This document shows positions 25,759 through 38,199 of a stretch of DNA of 64,000 nt, one piece after another; the first letter of the stretch is position 1; each line of letters starts with the position of its first letter. The translations under genes were made by a program, and so were the position numbers. Source of the stretch: Octopus sinensis (taxonomy: Eukaryota); NCBI RefSeq assembly GCF_006345805.1, contig NC_042999.1, positions 91,574,001 to 91,638,000 on the forward strand, read 5' to 3'. The notes below the pieces were generated by a model. It did no database searches. It had not been told where the DNA came from and saw nothing but the letters and a program-made list of their open reading frames with translations.

Positions 25759-25788
25759 ATATATATATATATAATATATATATATATT

Positions 25789-25846
<58 letters not shown>

Positions 25847-26098
25847 CGTGTGTGTGTGTACGTGCATGTGTGTGTGTGTTTATCTGTGCTTGTACCCCAC
25901 CACCGCTTGACAATCGGTGATAGGGTGTTTCCGCTATCGTGACTTAGCAGTTCAGCAAAAGAGATCGATAGAACAAGTACAGGGCTTAATAATATAAGTC
26001 CTGAGGTCGACTTGTTGGACTAAATTCCATGAAGGTAGTGCTCCAGCATGGCCGCAGTCAAATGTTTGAAGCAAGTATAAGATAAACAAATTAAAAAT
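25517..26098 (+). mobile_element. CORE-type SINE with expanded internal (AT)n
   Basis: gctgtgtggtaag..ccacatggtccc.gtttcagtc head, accttgggcaa-like core, ctccagcatggccgcagtcaaatg tail. Confidence 0.9.
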
Positions 26099-27129
26099 AA
26101 AATATATACGTTTGAATAGTTGCCTTCGGGATATGGATGTAAGATGAAAAAAGTTTTAGACCGCAGTGGTATCATTTAGACGAAAACTGGAATTTGAAAT
26201 GAATAAATTATACCCCACCCCAACCAAAAAAAAAAAAAATTTTGAAATGCTGAAGAGCATGCGAAATTCTTCTTAAGTTCACAAATGTAAAGGTTCCTTG
26301 CAATTATCAAATGTCGAAGATCGGAAAAGTAATTAGAGTTTTCAGTAATCCATCATTATTTGAAAATATATGAGGATATCTCATAAAACTGGGATGTTAT
26401 AAAACAGGTCGATAGGTGTATACTTACTTATAAAGTTATTCATACATACTTTCAAAAGACTGATATAAATAAAAGCAGGGGGTAGGTCAATATTATATTT
26501 TAGTTATAATAAAGAATAGAACGGTACTCATTAATTAAACAACTAATTAATTAATTAAGTAATTAATTAATTACTCATTAAAAAAGCATGCTAGGATTTC
26601 TATTAACCATTGTTTCTTTCGGAAAGGAATTATATAAGATATTTCCTATCTGTAGGATAACAAGATCATAATTTATATCCTTTAGAAGTTTTTTATTTTA
26701 TGCTATGAGACACATAGAAGGATTAATAAGCGTTATTTATTAGACGTTGCTATTATATATCATTCGGTTTTGAAATAGATGAGAGTAAATATAAATTCTA
26801 GCTTGCTTTCTAATACGTAATTAGCAAATTAATTAATTTCTACCTTTTTATCTCTTCCGTATAGAATACAACATTTTCCGCTATTGTTTATTTATCCCTG
26901 CCGTCTTTTGACGACTACTAGAATTATCAACATTTTATGAAGTACAACTTTTACACCTTTCAAAATATTTGATATCCTCACAATACTTTTTGACGATAAT
27001 CAGTTTAATTAATCAATAAATTAATCAGTGTTGTTTATTACCGGCAGATACCTATACACTAGCCTCGCCATTATTTTCGATTCTTTACAATCTTCAAAGT
27101 CCACCCGTCACCAATACTTCAAATAATTT

Positions 27130-27875
27130 AATAACATGGTTTCAAAAATGCGGAGCACTTTTTGAAGTGAGTGGGGAATCGATTAAATTGACGCCAGTAC
27201 TTGACTGGTACTTATTTTATCAACTCCGGAAGGATGAAAGGCAAAGTTGACTGCGGTGGAATTTGAATTCAGAACGTAAAGACGAAAGAAATGTCGCTAA
27301 GTATCTTGCCCGACGTGCTAATGACTCTGCCACCTTGCCGCCTTTGACCTCTTAAAATATATTCCTGTGTCTTATTGATATGAGCGCAATTTAGATGCAA
27401 ATCCGATATGCATCTAAAAGAAATACTAGTTTTAAATTTTGGCACAAGACCAGCAATTACGGGGGAAGGGGTAAGTCGATTAGATCAATCCAATGTTCAG
27501 CTGGTACTTATTTTATCTACCCTTAAAGGGTAAAAGGTACAGTCGATCCCAGCAGTATTTGAACTCAGAAGTAAAATCGGAAGAAATGTCGCTATACATT
27601 TTGTCCAGTGCACCAACGTTTCTGCCACCTCATCCACTTTACATTTAAAAGAAACTGATTTCAAATTTTGGCACAAGGCCAGCAATTTACGAGGAGAGAG
27701 TAAGTCGATTACATCGAGCCCAGTGTTCAACTGGTACGAATTTTATCGACCTCGAAAAGATACAAGAAACGAAACGATGACCCTGGCGAAATTTGAACGT
27801 GAAGACGGACGAAATGCCGCCAAGCATTTTGCTCAGTATGCTAACGCTCCTGCCAGCTCGCGGCCTTGCCTCTAA
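27130..27875 (-). mobile_element. Three head-to-tail Meta-like SINE copies (about 27130-27345, 27430-27640, 27655-27875)
   Basis: Each has the aactggtac.tattttatc.ac..gaaaggatgaaaggcaaagt.gac body and a gaatttgaa..agaacgtaaa..gaaatg.cgc head on the reverse strand. Confidence 0.88.
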
Positions 27876-28319
27876 AAAGAAATATCAATAACGATCTATG
27901 CTTACTGGAATTCCCATATAAGCACCGACCGATTTTCGATTCAATAAAACTGTAACTTTAGGCAACTTATCTACATCGAAAACATTTCGTGTCTTTCTCA
28001 CAGCGTCTCGGTAACTTTAAATTAAATATTAAGGAGCAGTGACTCCTGAATTTCTATGAAACGACTTCTTTGTGAATTCACTTCAAACCTTTTTATGCAT
28101 TTGTGTAACTTTTAGTTTACTTTCTTATAATTTTCTTTTGGTATGCTGTTTAGCTTTTGTTATTTTGCGGAGCTTTAACTTATGTACCGGGGCTGTTTAA
28201 ATTTTGTTACGGCATTATGAGTAAAATAACAAGAAAATAAATGCACTGTACTTGATAAAATGTATTGAATACTTTTTCAAATCCTGACCTCCCCCAGGCC
28301 GACTTGAATATCCAACACA

Positions 28320-28361
<42 letters not shown>

Positions 28362-28394
28362 CACAAGTTTGCAGACATTCATACAAATATATAT

Positions 28395-28460
28395 ATGGTT
28401 TCAAAATGGCCGAACACTCTTTGAAGTGAATGGGGAATCGATTACATCGACCCATAGTTG
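28395..28460 (-). mobile_element. Meta-like SINE 3' fragment with alternative tail
   Basis: atggtttcaaaatgg..cactctttgaagtgaatggggaatcgatt matches 27135-27185. Confidence 0.7.
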
Positions 28461-28543
28461 AAGGCTAAATCCACAAGATTTTTTATTCTCTTTCTGTTTG
28501 TTTTCTCTTATTCCTGCATGTCTCTTGAAAAGCGTAGGCTCCA

Positions 28544-28825
28544 AAACAGTAAAGTCAGTCACCACATCAAAGTGGGTGTTGAATGTTACTACTGGCATGT
28601 AGGGGCTCACGACTGCGGAGGAGCCAAATAGATCGAAACTGAGTTAGTCTTGCGATCCTGTTAGGTGCTAGAGGTGGTAGGGGTTCGCTCCCCCTGTTGG
28701 CAATGTTTTGTATATAAAGGATGCAGTGTGTCACACCGATTACCAGCTGGCGGTGAATCTGCCATGGGTTAAACTAGTAGCAACATTCCACAGCCACTTT
28801 GATGTGGCTACTGACTTTACTGTTT
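28544..28825. mobile_element. MITE-like element with about 52-bp imperfect TIRs
   Basis: aaacagtaaagtcagt.caccacatcaaagtggg.gttgaatgttactactgg (28544-28595) is the reverse complement of 28774-28825 with a few mismatches. Non-coding interior. Confidence 0.7.
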
Positions 28826-30060
28826 ATATATATATACATATTCGTCAATTGTAAATAATGTAAATAATTCCTCATCTCTTAAATATAGAACGGAACTTAA
28901 TCTATGTTCTCAAATGTGGAGGGTGTGGTGGGGACTACATAGGTCAAACTAGCTTAACTTTGAGGCATAGACTTACGGTGCACAGGCAACAAATAGGGGA
29001 CCCCACCACTGGGAAAATTCCCTTAAGCAAGCACCTAAATCAATGCCCCATAGATATAAACCCTAAATACCAAATCTTCCCTCTGTAACAATGCACTGGA
29101 AACACTTCAACCCAATTCCGTTTAATAAGGAAAACATACTGATTAATAAACATAAACACAGCTTTAAAAAGAAGAAAAAGAAGTAAAAAAAAACGACTAA
29201 ATTTCAACACAAAAAAAAAAAACAACCAGGAACAACAAACATTCTTTTAAAAAATTTAGTAACAATCTTTCATCCGGATTCCGAAACTGCAACTCCAAAT
29301 CACTATACAATCACCAGTTGCCGATGTCACCTACCTCTTGTTCAATGAAATTTTACTAACACCAGTTGCTGACGACACCTAACTCCAGACTAATCAAAAC
29401 CGAACTTCAGTAAATACAACGAAATGATCCTTTAAGAGGAACAACCAGCCGAAAAGTCTTATGACCATCTCCACAGGGAAACCAACCAAGCAGAACGACA
29501 AGCTTGACCACTGGAAAAAAATGTCACCAGTAAATATGAATAAAAAATCAGATCCGCTTGCGGAAAAAAAATATTAATACATCTGATCTCAAAACATACC
29601 ACTACAAGCGAAAGCCTCTACAGAAAGAGGATCAGAGAAACTGTAAACCAAATTCCTCTTTTTACGATTTTTATTTCTCCCTTGTTTTTTTCAGTATGTC
29701 TTGTTGACCACCTTTAAAATTAATGAATTTTGTACATTCAAACAAATTGATATAGTTTTAATATTATTGACTGCTATGAATATTCAAACTTACACCTGTC
29801 CTCCTAATTCATAATGCAAAATTTATCTGTTTTCGACATGTTAGTTTGTCAACACTGAAACTGCTAAAGATGTTTTTCTAATTCATAATTATAACTTTTA
29901 CCATTGATAAACAAAGATGTTTTTCTCATTCACAACTTTAAACTTTTACCATTGATAAACTAAAAATATTGTTGAAACTAGTTTGGTATACATGTATATA
30001 AATATATTTTAAACATTTACGAGCTTTTGAAATCTAAGTGCATTTTCAACAACACATTTT

Positions 30061-30126
<66 letters not shown>

Positions 30127-30224
30127 GTATGCATGTATGTATATAATTTGCGTTTCAGTGTGTTTGTACGTATGTATGCAATCTGAGTTTATGTATATAT
30201 ATGTGTATGTATAAACGTAAGTGC

Positions 30225-30301
<77 letters not shown>

Positions 30302-30474
30302 TGTGTTTAGTATGCCTTGCTGCGTTCAACTGTTAGGTATATCTATCAATGTGAGTGTGTGTTTGTGGAATTTGAAACGAAGAATATATTTCAATGATAT
30401 CACACTTCGAAATCCATGTATATTGGCAACAACAGCTTCAACAAAACCACCAATAACTACATCAAATGAATATA

Positions 30475-30590
30475 GGTTTCAAATTTTCTCAGAGGGCCAG
30501 GAATTTTAGTGGTGAGTGTAAGTCGGCTACATCGACCCCAAGATTCAACTGGCACATATCGACCCCAAAGGGATGAAAGGCAAATTCGAT
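30475..30590 (-). mobile_element. Degenerate Meta-like SINE fragment
   Basis: ggtttcaaatttt..ggccag, catcgacccca, tcgacccc.aagggatgaaaggcaaa.tcga. Confidence 0.75.
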
Positions 30591-30857
30591 GGCTAAACAA
30601 CAAATTATTTTGTTCTGTCTGTTTAATCTAAGAGTTCGATGCACAGAATGAAGTGTTATGATAGCTCATAGTAGGTCGGTAGTTTATAATGTCATCACCC
30701 ATAGGATCGGGTGAGTAGGAGAAGAGGTAGAATAGTCAATTAAAAATAAAGGTCAACAACTACTGTATATTGTTTTCATCCAACTCTACCAACACACGAT
30801 TCCTTGTTCAGTGATCTATTCCTCTTTCTCCCACTTCCTTCTTTATTCCTCTTTCCA

Positions 30858-30894
<37 letters not shown>

Positions 30895-31518
30895 CTCTCT
30901 CCCGATTACTGCTGGCTGTTAACAATGCACTCTAATTAAGATATCACAATAGGTATGTGTTAAACTTATTGTTTTCCAAGGAAAGATTAAAAGTTAAACC
31001 AAGTATAATTAAAGGAGAGATAAAAGTACACTGACAGCCTCCATCCATTTAATCGTTTCACAGCAGCTGTAAATCAAACACATTGAAGACACAAAACTTT
31101 CCGAACGTCATTTACAAATAACACTTTTTGTTTTTATTTTATTTTTTTGCTTTCGTTTTACTGTAATTTATTTCATTTCATTCAAAATACGCAATCAGTG
31201 TAATTTTAACTTTTTTCTTTTCTTATATTCTATAGATTTAATTGCAGTTACATATCAGCATTTTCTGTTTACTTACATGGTTGTATATCTTCTGAGTACT
31301 TTCTTTTCACAATTGTTGTCGATAATGTATGAGGATCTCCTGCCTAAAATCTAGTATCATCTACATATACCAAACCTCACACTGGTAGGTTTAATTGCAA
31401 ACTTCTTGTGCACAAATAACGTTTCCTTAGACAAATATATCATCGTGTCTTTTATAAGCACAGTAAGAGGTAATATTTATACCCACTGAATCGTGAATGT
31501 TCTCTTCGAACAAAGCAG

Positions 31519-32095
31519 TAGTTACCATGAGAGATGTTCTCATATTGGTTTTTGCTGCAAAATGCAGGAAGACAAATCCCCGCCACCTCCAACACCGAGA
31601 CTACCAGACCACCTGATAATGACCTTACTTGGTCTTGTCAATGATGGACGCTCGACCACTAGAGATAACAGCGACCCATCCACTCGACACAGAATAACAG
31701 TGTCAGAACAGGTGCTGGTATCGCGATTAGCCAGCGAGCTTGTTAAAGAATATATATTAGCGACAGGAGCAGAGCTAATAATGAGAGATAATATTTCTTG
31801 CCGCTGAAATGTGGATGTTCAGTTAGAAAAACTATAATGAGATAGTTACCATGAGAGAAACCCTCATATTGGTTTTTGGTGCAAACTGCACTCTTGTTTA
31901 TATTGGTAGCGAGGAGACTCAACCTTACTTGGTCTTGTCAATGATGGATGCTCGAACGCTAGAGATAGCAGCGATTCATCTCTCCACCGGCAATATATAG
32001 AATAACAGTGCCAGAACAGGTGCTGTTATCGGTTAGAACAAACTATACTTGTCAATGGTGGAAGCTCGACCGCTAGAGGTAGCAGCGATTTACTT
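31519..32095. repeat. Degenerate tandem repeat, about 324-bp period plus a partial third unit
   Basis: tagttaccatgagaga at 31519 and 31843. cttgtcaatg.tgga.gctcga.c.ctagag.ta.cagcga at about 31634, 31934 and 32048. Confidence 0.85.
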
Positions 32096-32629
32096 CCGCG
32101 GCAGTAATATATAAAATAGAATGGAATACGCATATTGTACGTAAACTTTATCTGTCACATTCTTCAGAAGCCGTTTGGACTGGTCCTTATCCTAAGTTTC
32201 CCCGCTTTTCAGTAAGAGAAATTCAGCACTCAATACAGGGTGAAAGTCTAATAAACTTACAAATTTTGGCTTTTTGAACGACCTTGTTCTTGGATTTTAG
32301 AGACCGGTTGTTTTTATTGTTGCTATGACTGTTGTCGTTATTGTTTAACATTAGGTCAACCTTCGTCGAGAAGATTTATGACCAAAAGGATCCCATCCTC
32401 AACCCTTTTGTCTTTTTAATGATAATATTATGCAATGCCTCCTTCATTTTTTATAATCAGTAATAATTTTATTTCAAGTGTATTTGTTTGTTATTTCTAG
32501 GAATTCGACCTCCAAAATAGAGGGTTCCTTCGGATTGGGATTCCAGGGCCATCTTCTACATTTTATTTTTACTAGGCAAACACCCAGAAGGAGTTGATTT
32601 CAGCATCACCGATTAACGAAAATTCATTA

Positions 32630-32786
32630 TTTACTTAATTTGCATTGGATGGTTATGTGTTCTCATCTTGTTTGTTGTTACCACAACGTTTCGGCTGATT
32701 TACTCTCCAGCTTTCATCAGTTGTCCTGGTAGAATTTTGAACCCAACCCTGGATTCTCATTCCTAAGGTACTTTTTGTTTTGCTGA

Positions 32787-32828
<42 letters not shown>

Positions 32829-32857
32829 CATCATCATCATCATCATTATTATTATTA

Positions 32858-32899
<42 letters not shown>

Positions 32900-33010
32900 T
32901 ATTATTATTATTATTATTATTATTATCATTTATTCAAGGCACTGGCTGGAATTGAACTCGCAATCTTGGGGTTAGTAACCCGCGCTCTAAACCATTACGC
33001 TGTATGCCTA
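32630..33010 (-). mobile_element. Composite retroposon: tRNA-like head + (AAT)n + hammerhead-bearing tail, copy L
   Basis: Head 32941-33010 (A-box-like CAGCGTAATGG, B-box GAGTTCAATTCC), (AAT)n, accttaggaatgagaatccaggg, then CTGATGA..CAGCC GAAA CGTT at 32682-32723. Confidence 0.8.
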
Positions 33011-33262
33011 CTAACCACAAGATTGCGAGTTCAATTGCAGGCAGTGACTTGAATAAATAATAATAATAATAATAATATCATCAGCAAAAGAAAAAATACC
33101 TTTGGAATGAGAACCCAGGGTTGGATTCAAAATTCTAACAGGACACCTGAAGAAGGCTGGAAAGTAAATCAGCCGAAACGTTGTGATAACAACAAACAAG
33201 AAGAGGACACATATCCATTCAATGTAAATAATGTACTTAAATACGTTTTCTCAAAAATATAG
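33011..33262 (+). mobile_element. Composite retroposon copy R (5' half of head missing)
   Basis: ctaacc.caagattgcgagttcaatt, (AAT)n, acctttggaatgagaacccaggg and HHR. Inverted homolog of copy L. Confidence 0.8.
33144..33185 (+). ncRNA. Minimal type I hammerhead ribozyme
   Basis: CAC-CTGAAGA-A-GGCTG gaaagtaaat CAGCC-GAAA-CG-T-T-GTG. Helix III is the palindrome ACGT, formable only as a dimer. GUU triplet. Confidence 0.7.
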
Positions 33263-33974
33263 AACAGTATAAATTCGTTAAATATTCAGCAATAACAATA
33301 ATAAGCCAGTGGATTAAACTTTAGGCCAAGAAGAAGAAGAGAAATCTAAATTTTTGGACACTCGTCCTTCTCTCCTTTTCCTCCTCCTTCTTCTTTTCCT
33401 TCTCCTCCTCTTTCTTTTTAGAGAGAACGATGGAGAAAGAAAAATTATACCAGTCATGTCCTTCAGGTTCAATAGTAATAATTAGGAAACAAATATTATT
33501 GAAGGGTTATGTGGGGAGGTTTGTGTGGAAAAGAAAGAAAGAGGGATAGAGAGAGGGGTGTGGGAGAGAGAGAGGAGGGAGAGAGGGGAAGAAAAAGATG
33601 GTGTGAATAATGTGTGCTGTATCACTGAAGTGGAAATAAAAGGTGTCAGAGTGGTGGTAAAACATGTGAGGGCCAAATCATACGAAGTGTCAAGTGACAT
33701 TAACAAAAGTAAAATACTCAGCCTTGACTGATAAATTATACCATCCCAGAAGCTACAACCATTCCATATAACCTTGAGTGAAATATTAGAAATATTGGTT
33801 GTTACCAAAGAGGAAAATAGATTTGCTTCAATTAGCAGAGTTCAATATGTGCAATTAAACAAAACACTCGAAAACTTACCGATCCATCGTATGATTTGGG
33901 AGCAACATCGCATCCACAGAAAAGTTAGGACAATCCGTCACGGACTCAGTGTTACCAGCACGCATGCATACATA

Positions 33975-34086
33975 CATATATGCATATATACGTGCAAATA
34001 ACAGGCAAACGCACAAATGCATACTCTACGCTTTTCTTTCTACCCTTGTCTTTGTTTGTTTGTGTGTGCGTGTGTGTGTGTGTGTG

Positions 34087-34151
<65 letters not shown>

Positions 34152-34175
34152 GTGTGTGTGTGTGTGTGTGTGTAT
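33975..34175. repeat. (GT)n-rich microsatellite
   Basis: Direct reading. Confidence 0.9.
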
Positions 34176-35034
34176 TTAGAGAGAGTGAGAAAAAGGTGGA
34201 AGAGATGATTGGAGAAATTTGCAAAATGCTGCAAAAATCGATCGATTAAAATGTGCAAGAGCAAAAAAGAAAATGTTTTAAAAAATAGTTTAATTTTTGC
34301 CAAGTGAATAATAAAGACAAAATATTCTTTTGTAATTACGAGTCGGAAATTATAACACCCACCAAAAGTATAATGAGTAAAGAGCGGTGGCTATCTAAAT
34401 TTGATTAGACACATTTCTTCATTATCGTTTTTAATTTTTCGATGAATTTTATTCGCAGAAGACTAGGAAGTCCTTTGTTAATAAACAAATGCAAACGATT
34501 TTTTTCTGTTGTCTTTTTGAAATGAATCGCGCGCACGAACGCACATTTTTAGATTCGATTAAAAAGTATGTAAACGGCAGCGGTACCAGCGGTGGCGGCG
34601 GCAGCGGTGGATGAGTCAAGAAGTCGTGTGCGTGTAATTTATGTGCGTGTAATTAAAGTTGACGTGTAAAGTAATCAACTGAAATGATATGTTAAATTTG
34701 GTTTTGAGAGGACAAACAATCCAGTCTATAGAAAACACTAGTATTCCTCATTTGCAGTTTGACAAATTCTATTATGAAGAATGAGTAATAGCATAAGCAC
34801 CATAAACTATATATCTCCGTAGGAAGAGAAGAGGCGATTAAATTAATTGCACTACTTCAAAGGAATACTATTTTATGAAAACTTTAAAGATGAGAGTGGA
34901 AGTTGACCACGCTGAAGTTTGAACTCAAAACATAATGAGAAGTAAATAAATACCGCCATGCAGCAAAGAATATTATCCGATCCAGTCCCTACTACTCAAC
35001 TATCTATAATAGAATTGTATAGATAGATAGATGG

Positions 35035-36165
35035 ATGATGGCCGTCTACTCGTAACCGAGGAAGACCAATACTGGCACCAAGAACATTGTGCACTCTAGG
35101 ACCAACTTATATTTGGCATTTGCGGCTCCGTTGGGGGCTAACAAGCCCTGCTCTTGACAAGCATACACAACTGCAAACTGCAGCACGCTTAAATTCTTCA
35201 GGCAGAATACGTGCTCTCTCAAAAATGTCGACACCCTCCTTAACCTGCTTCCTCCATCTGTGGCGATGATAGGCATTTCTCTCCTAGTCAGTCTCCTGCA
35301 TATCACAGGCCTTTAATGAACACTTGACCCAGTCCTTAAAACGTAGCCTTGGTTTCTGCCGGACTCTCATTCCATTCACAATTTCCCCATATACCATTTG
35401 CTTAGGGATCCTGCCATCCTTCATTCTAAGGTGTCCAGTCCAACATAACCGTTGCCTGTGCACCATCGCTTCCATACTCAAGATATCAGCTATCCCCAGG
35501 GCCTGTGTGTCTGGAGTTTTTAAGCTCCAGCCAACATTCAGAATGTGTCTGAGACATTTCTGATAAAAGCGTCCAAGGACCCTCACATGACGTTTGTAAA
35601 GGGTCCATGTCTCACATGAGTAAAGGAGCGATGTCAGTACACAATGTTTGTTTGCTTTGTGATGCCATGCTGGGACCAGACACGAGACTGAAAAAACGGA
35701 AGGAATCAGTTGCTCTCTGCAGCCTGAAAGATATTTCATCATCCAGGGAGGGGAGCAAGAATGGCTGAGTGTACTGCCCAGGTAGACAAACTTATCTACC
35801 ACTTTCAGAATTGTTCCTTTAATCAAGATAGCTGTTTCTACGTATGGATTTCCTGGTGCAGGCAGGACATTACAGCAGTCTTGTCCAGGCTAATGCTGAG
35901 CCCAGATGCCTTGCAAGAAGCAAAACTACGATTCATATGTTCACTGTATGAGTGACTAGGTCACAGTTATCTGCATAAAGGAGGTCAGGAATAAGAGACT
36001 GGAAAACTTTTATATTATCCGCAAATCGACGCAAATTAAAAAGGCGGCCAGACGATCGATACTTTACATATATTCCCAGAGAACTAACCTTAGCAAAAGC
36101 ATGAGTAAAAGCAGTAGCAAAGTACAAAGAAAAGGAAGTTGGGGCTAGGATCTCACCCTGCTTGT
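35035..36165 (-). mobile_element. RTE (BovB-like) LINE 3' part
   Basis: [97 protein letters not shown], and an RTE-type 3' end gtcttcctcggttacgag. Confidence 0.93.
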
Positions 36166-36167
36166 GA

Positions 36168-36201
<34 letters not shown>

Positions 36202-36237
36202 CATACATGCATACATTTGTATATTCGAATATATGTG

Positions 36238-36298
<61 letters not shown>

Positions 36299-36487
36299 TA
36301 TATATATACATACATACGTGTGTGTGTGTGTGTGTGTCTTGTTTTCCGTTTGTTTCGTTGTTCGCAAAAAAGTTCGTACTCCATGTTGTCGTATTTCATG
36401 TTGTTTTCGTATTTTATGTTCATTTTATGTTGTCTGCGTTCCGTGGTGTCCTGTGCCCATATACGCATGTATATGCAAATATATGTA

Positions 36488-36535
<48 letters not shown>

Positions 36536-36848
36536 TAGCAGTTAATTGGCCAAAGTCAACTTGTTGAAATATATAAATATATACAATCATGTAACTACAC
36601 TATATTTTAAATATACATATTTAAAATTATACTGAGTATCTTAAGTTGGTTTATTCTCCCTGAAAAGTTGCATCCACGTATTTCAGATGGTTGAAAATGA
36701 GCTTCATAAAGATTTGTAGTCACATACACTATCATAAAACATATAAAATCCCTTTGCATCTGATCTGTTTATTAAAGCGTTGCATTTATTTTGACCTTTA
36801 AGGAAAAGATTAGGAGAGAGTTGATATAAATACAAACATTAATATATA

Positions 36849-38050
36849 ACGGGGCTGGACAAAATAATGGAAACACCTTAAAATTTCAAACAAATTTATT
36901 TTAGTATGGCAGTGATTTAATTTGGCAGTAATTACAGCTTGAATTCTGTGATTTATGGACTCGTACAAAGTTTGAATTGTTTTCAAAGGAACTTTTGACC
37001 ATTATTCAGCTAAAACAGACTCTAGTTCTTCTAAAATGCACCATAAATGTTCAACAATATTGAGATCTGGGGACTGTGGTAGCCAGATAAGATGTTCAAC
37101 TTCACTAGAATGTCCTTTGTGCTATTCAGTAACACCATTAGCTGTGTGATTTGGTGCATTATCATCCTGAAAGATTGAGTTTCCCTCCGGAAACAGTTCC
37201 GCAACCATAGGATCAATTCGATCAGATAAAATGCTTAAATAATCTTCACTATTACTTCTGCCATGAAGGGAAAACATTGGAAGGCGGATTTCCAAGATAT
37301 AGCCCCCTAGATCATGACAGATTCTCCTCCATGTTTAACAGATGGAAGAAGGTAGTCTGGGTCAGATGCTTCTTTTGGCTGTCTCCACACGTATACTTGA
37401 CCGGTGATCAGAAATAAGGTAAAGGATGACTCGTCCGAGAAAATAACATTCTTCGACTGCTCTAGGGACCAATCCTGTAGGTTTTTACTCTACTCTAAAC
37501 GCTTTGCAACGTTTGTTTTGAAAGTAGTGGTTTTATGATTGCAGCACCCAGCGAACAGTTTTTGTGGAAACTGGGTTCTCGAGGTGGTCATTAAGCTCTG
37601 CAGTAATTTTGGGAGCTGTCCTTTTGTGATCCTTTCTAACAATTCGCATAAGAGTCTGACGGTCCCTATCTGAAAGTTTTGGTTTTCTTCTGGAGTTTTG
37701 TTTCGACGAGGAGGTTTTTCCCTCTTTCTCAAAGGCAGTCATTACTTTCGAGACAGTACGTCTTGATACACCAAACATTTCGGCTGTTTCGTTACGCTAG
37801 CGCCTGCCATACGAGCACCAACAATTTGACCTCTGTGAAAGTCCGATATATCTGTCATTTTAATGAATTTTAATTACCTTTTTCTGATGATATCTGAAAG
37901 GAAACAGCAATTTTAGCAAAGCATATTAAGCAACACTAATAGTAAATAAAAAAAAGCATAAAGGTAAACTAGCTTTTGCCGGTTTTATAGATATTTCAAA
38001 ATTATGATGCTATGATGGTAGGTGTTTCTATTAATTTGTCCAACCCTTTA
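36849..38050 (-). mobile_element. Near full-length Tc1-like DNA transposon (DD36E spacing)
   Basis: 28-bp TIRs at 36851-36878 (ggggctggacaaaataatggaaacacct) and 38020-38047 (aggtgtttctattaatttgtccaaccct). About 1.2 kb. Confidence 0.93.
36905..37858 (-). pseudogene. Tc1-like transposase pseudogene
   Basis: ATG at 37858. RGQIVGARMAGAS..FGVSRRTVSKV (HTH), IFSDESSF, VKHGG, FQDDNAPNHTA..QSPDLNIVEHLW. Contains stops and frameshifts. Confidence 0.9.
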
Positions 38051-38199
38051 ATGTATATATATACATAAGCACACGTACACACACACACATACATTGTCAT
38101 ATTTTTGTGGAAGACATCCTACGTGTTTAGCAGCAGTCCAAAAGTGTAATCAATGCCGTTTTTATGTGACGCGACGTTGAAACAACGTATACAATGTCA

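Noticed and set aside
29300-29385. 22-bp imperfect direct repeat caccagttgc.ga.g.caccta
   Set aside because: Only two copies with no array or context, and not CRISPR.
32941-33010. Possible tRNA gene
   Set aside because: The acceptor stem does not close and the sequence is part of a repeated composite, so it is treated as a SINE head.
33335-33520. Possible PLE end (TIEPEGH) with decayed HHR (GGAC gagt GTCC aaaa) on minus
   Set aside because: Both core strands are altered and the protein match is too short.
34540-34670. Small CpG/GGC-rich patch, possible promoter (similar patch at 50300-50380)
   Set aside because: No linked exon or core promoter evidence.
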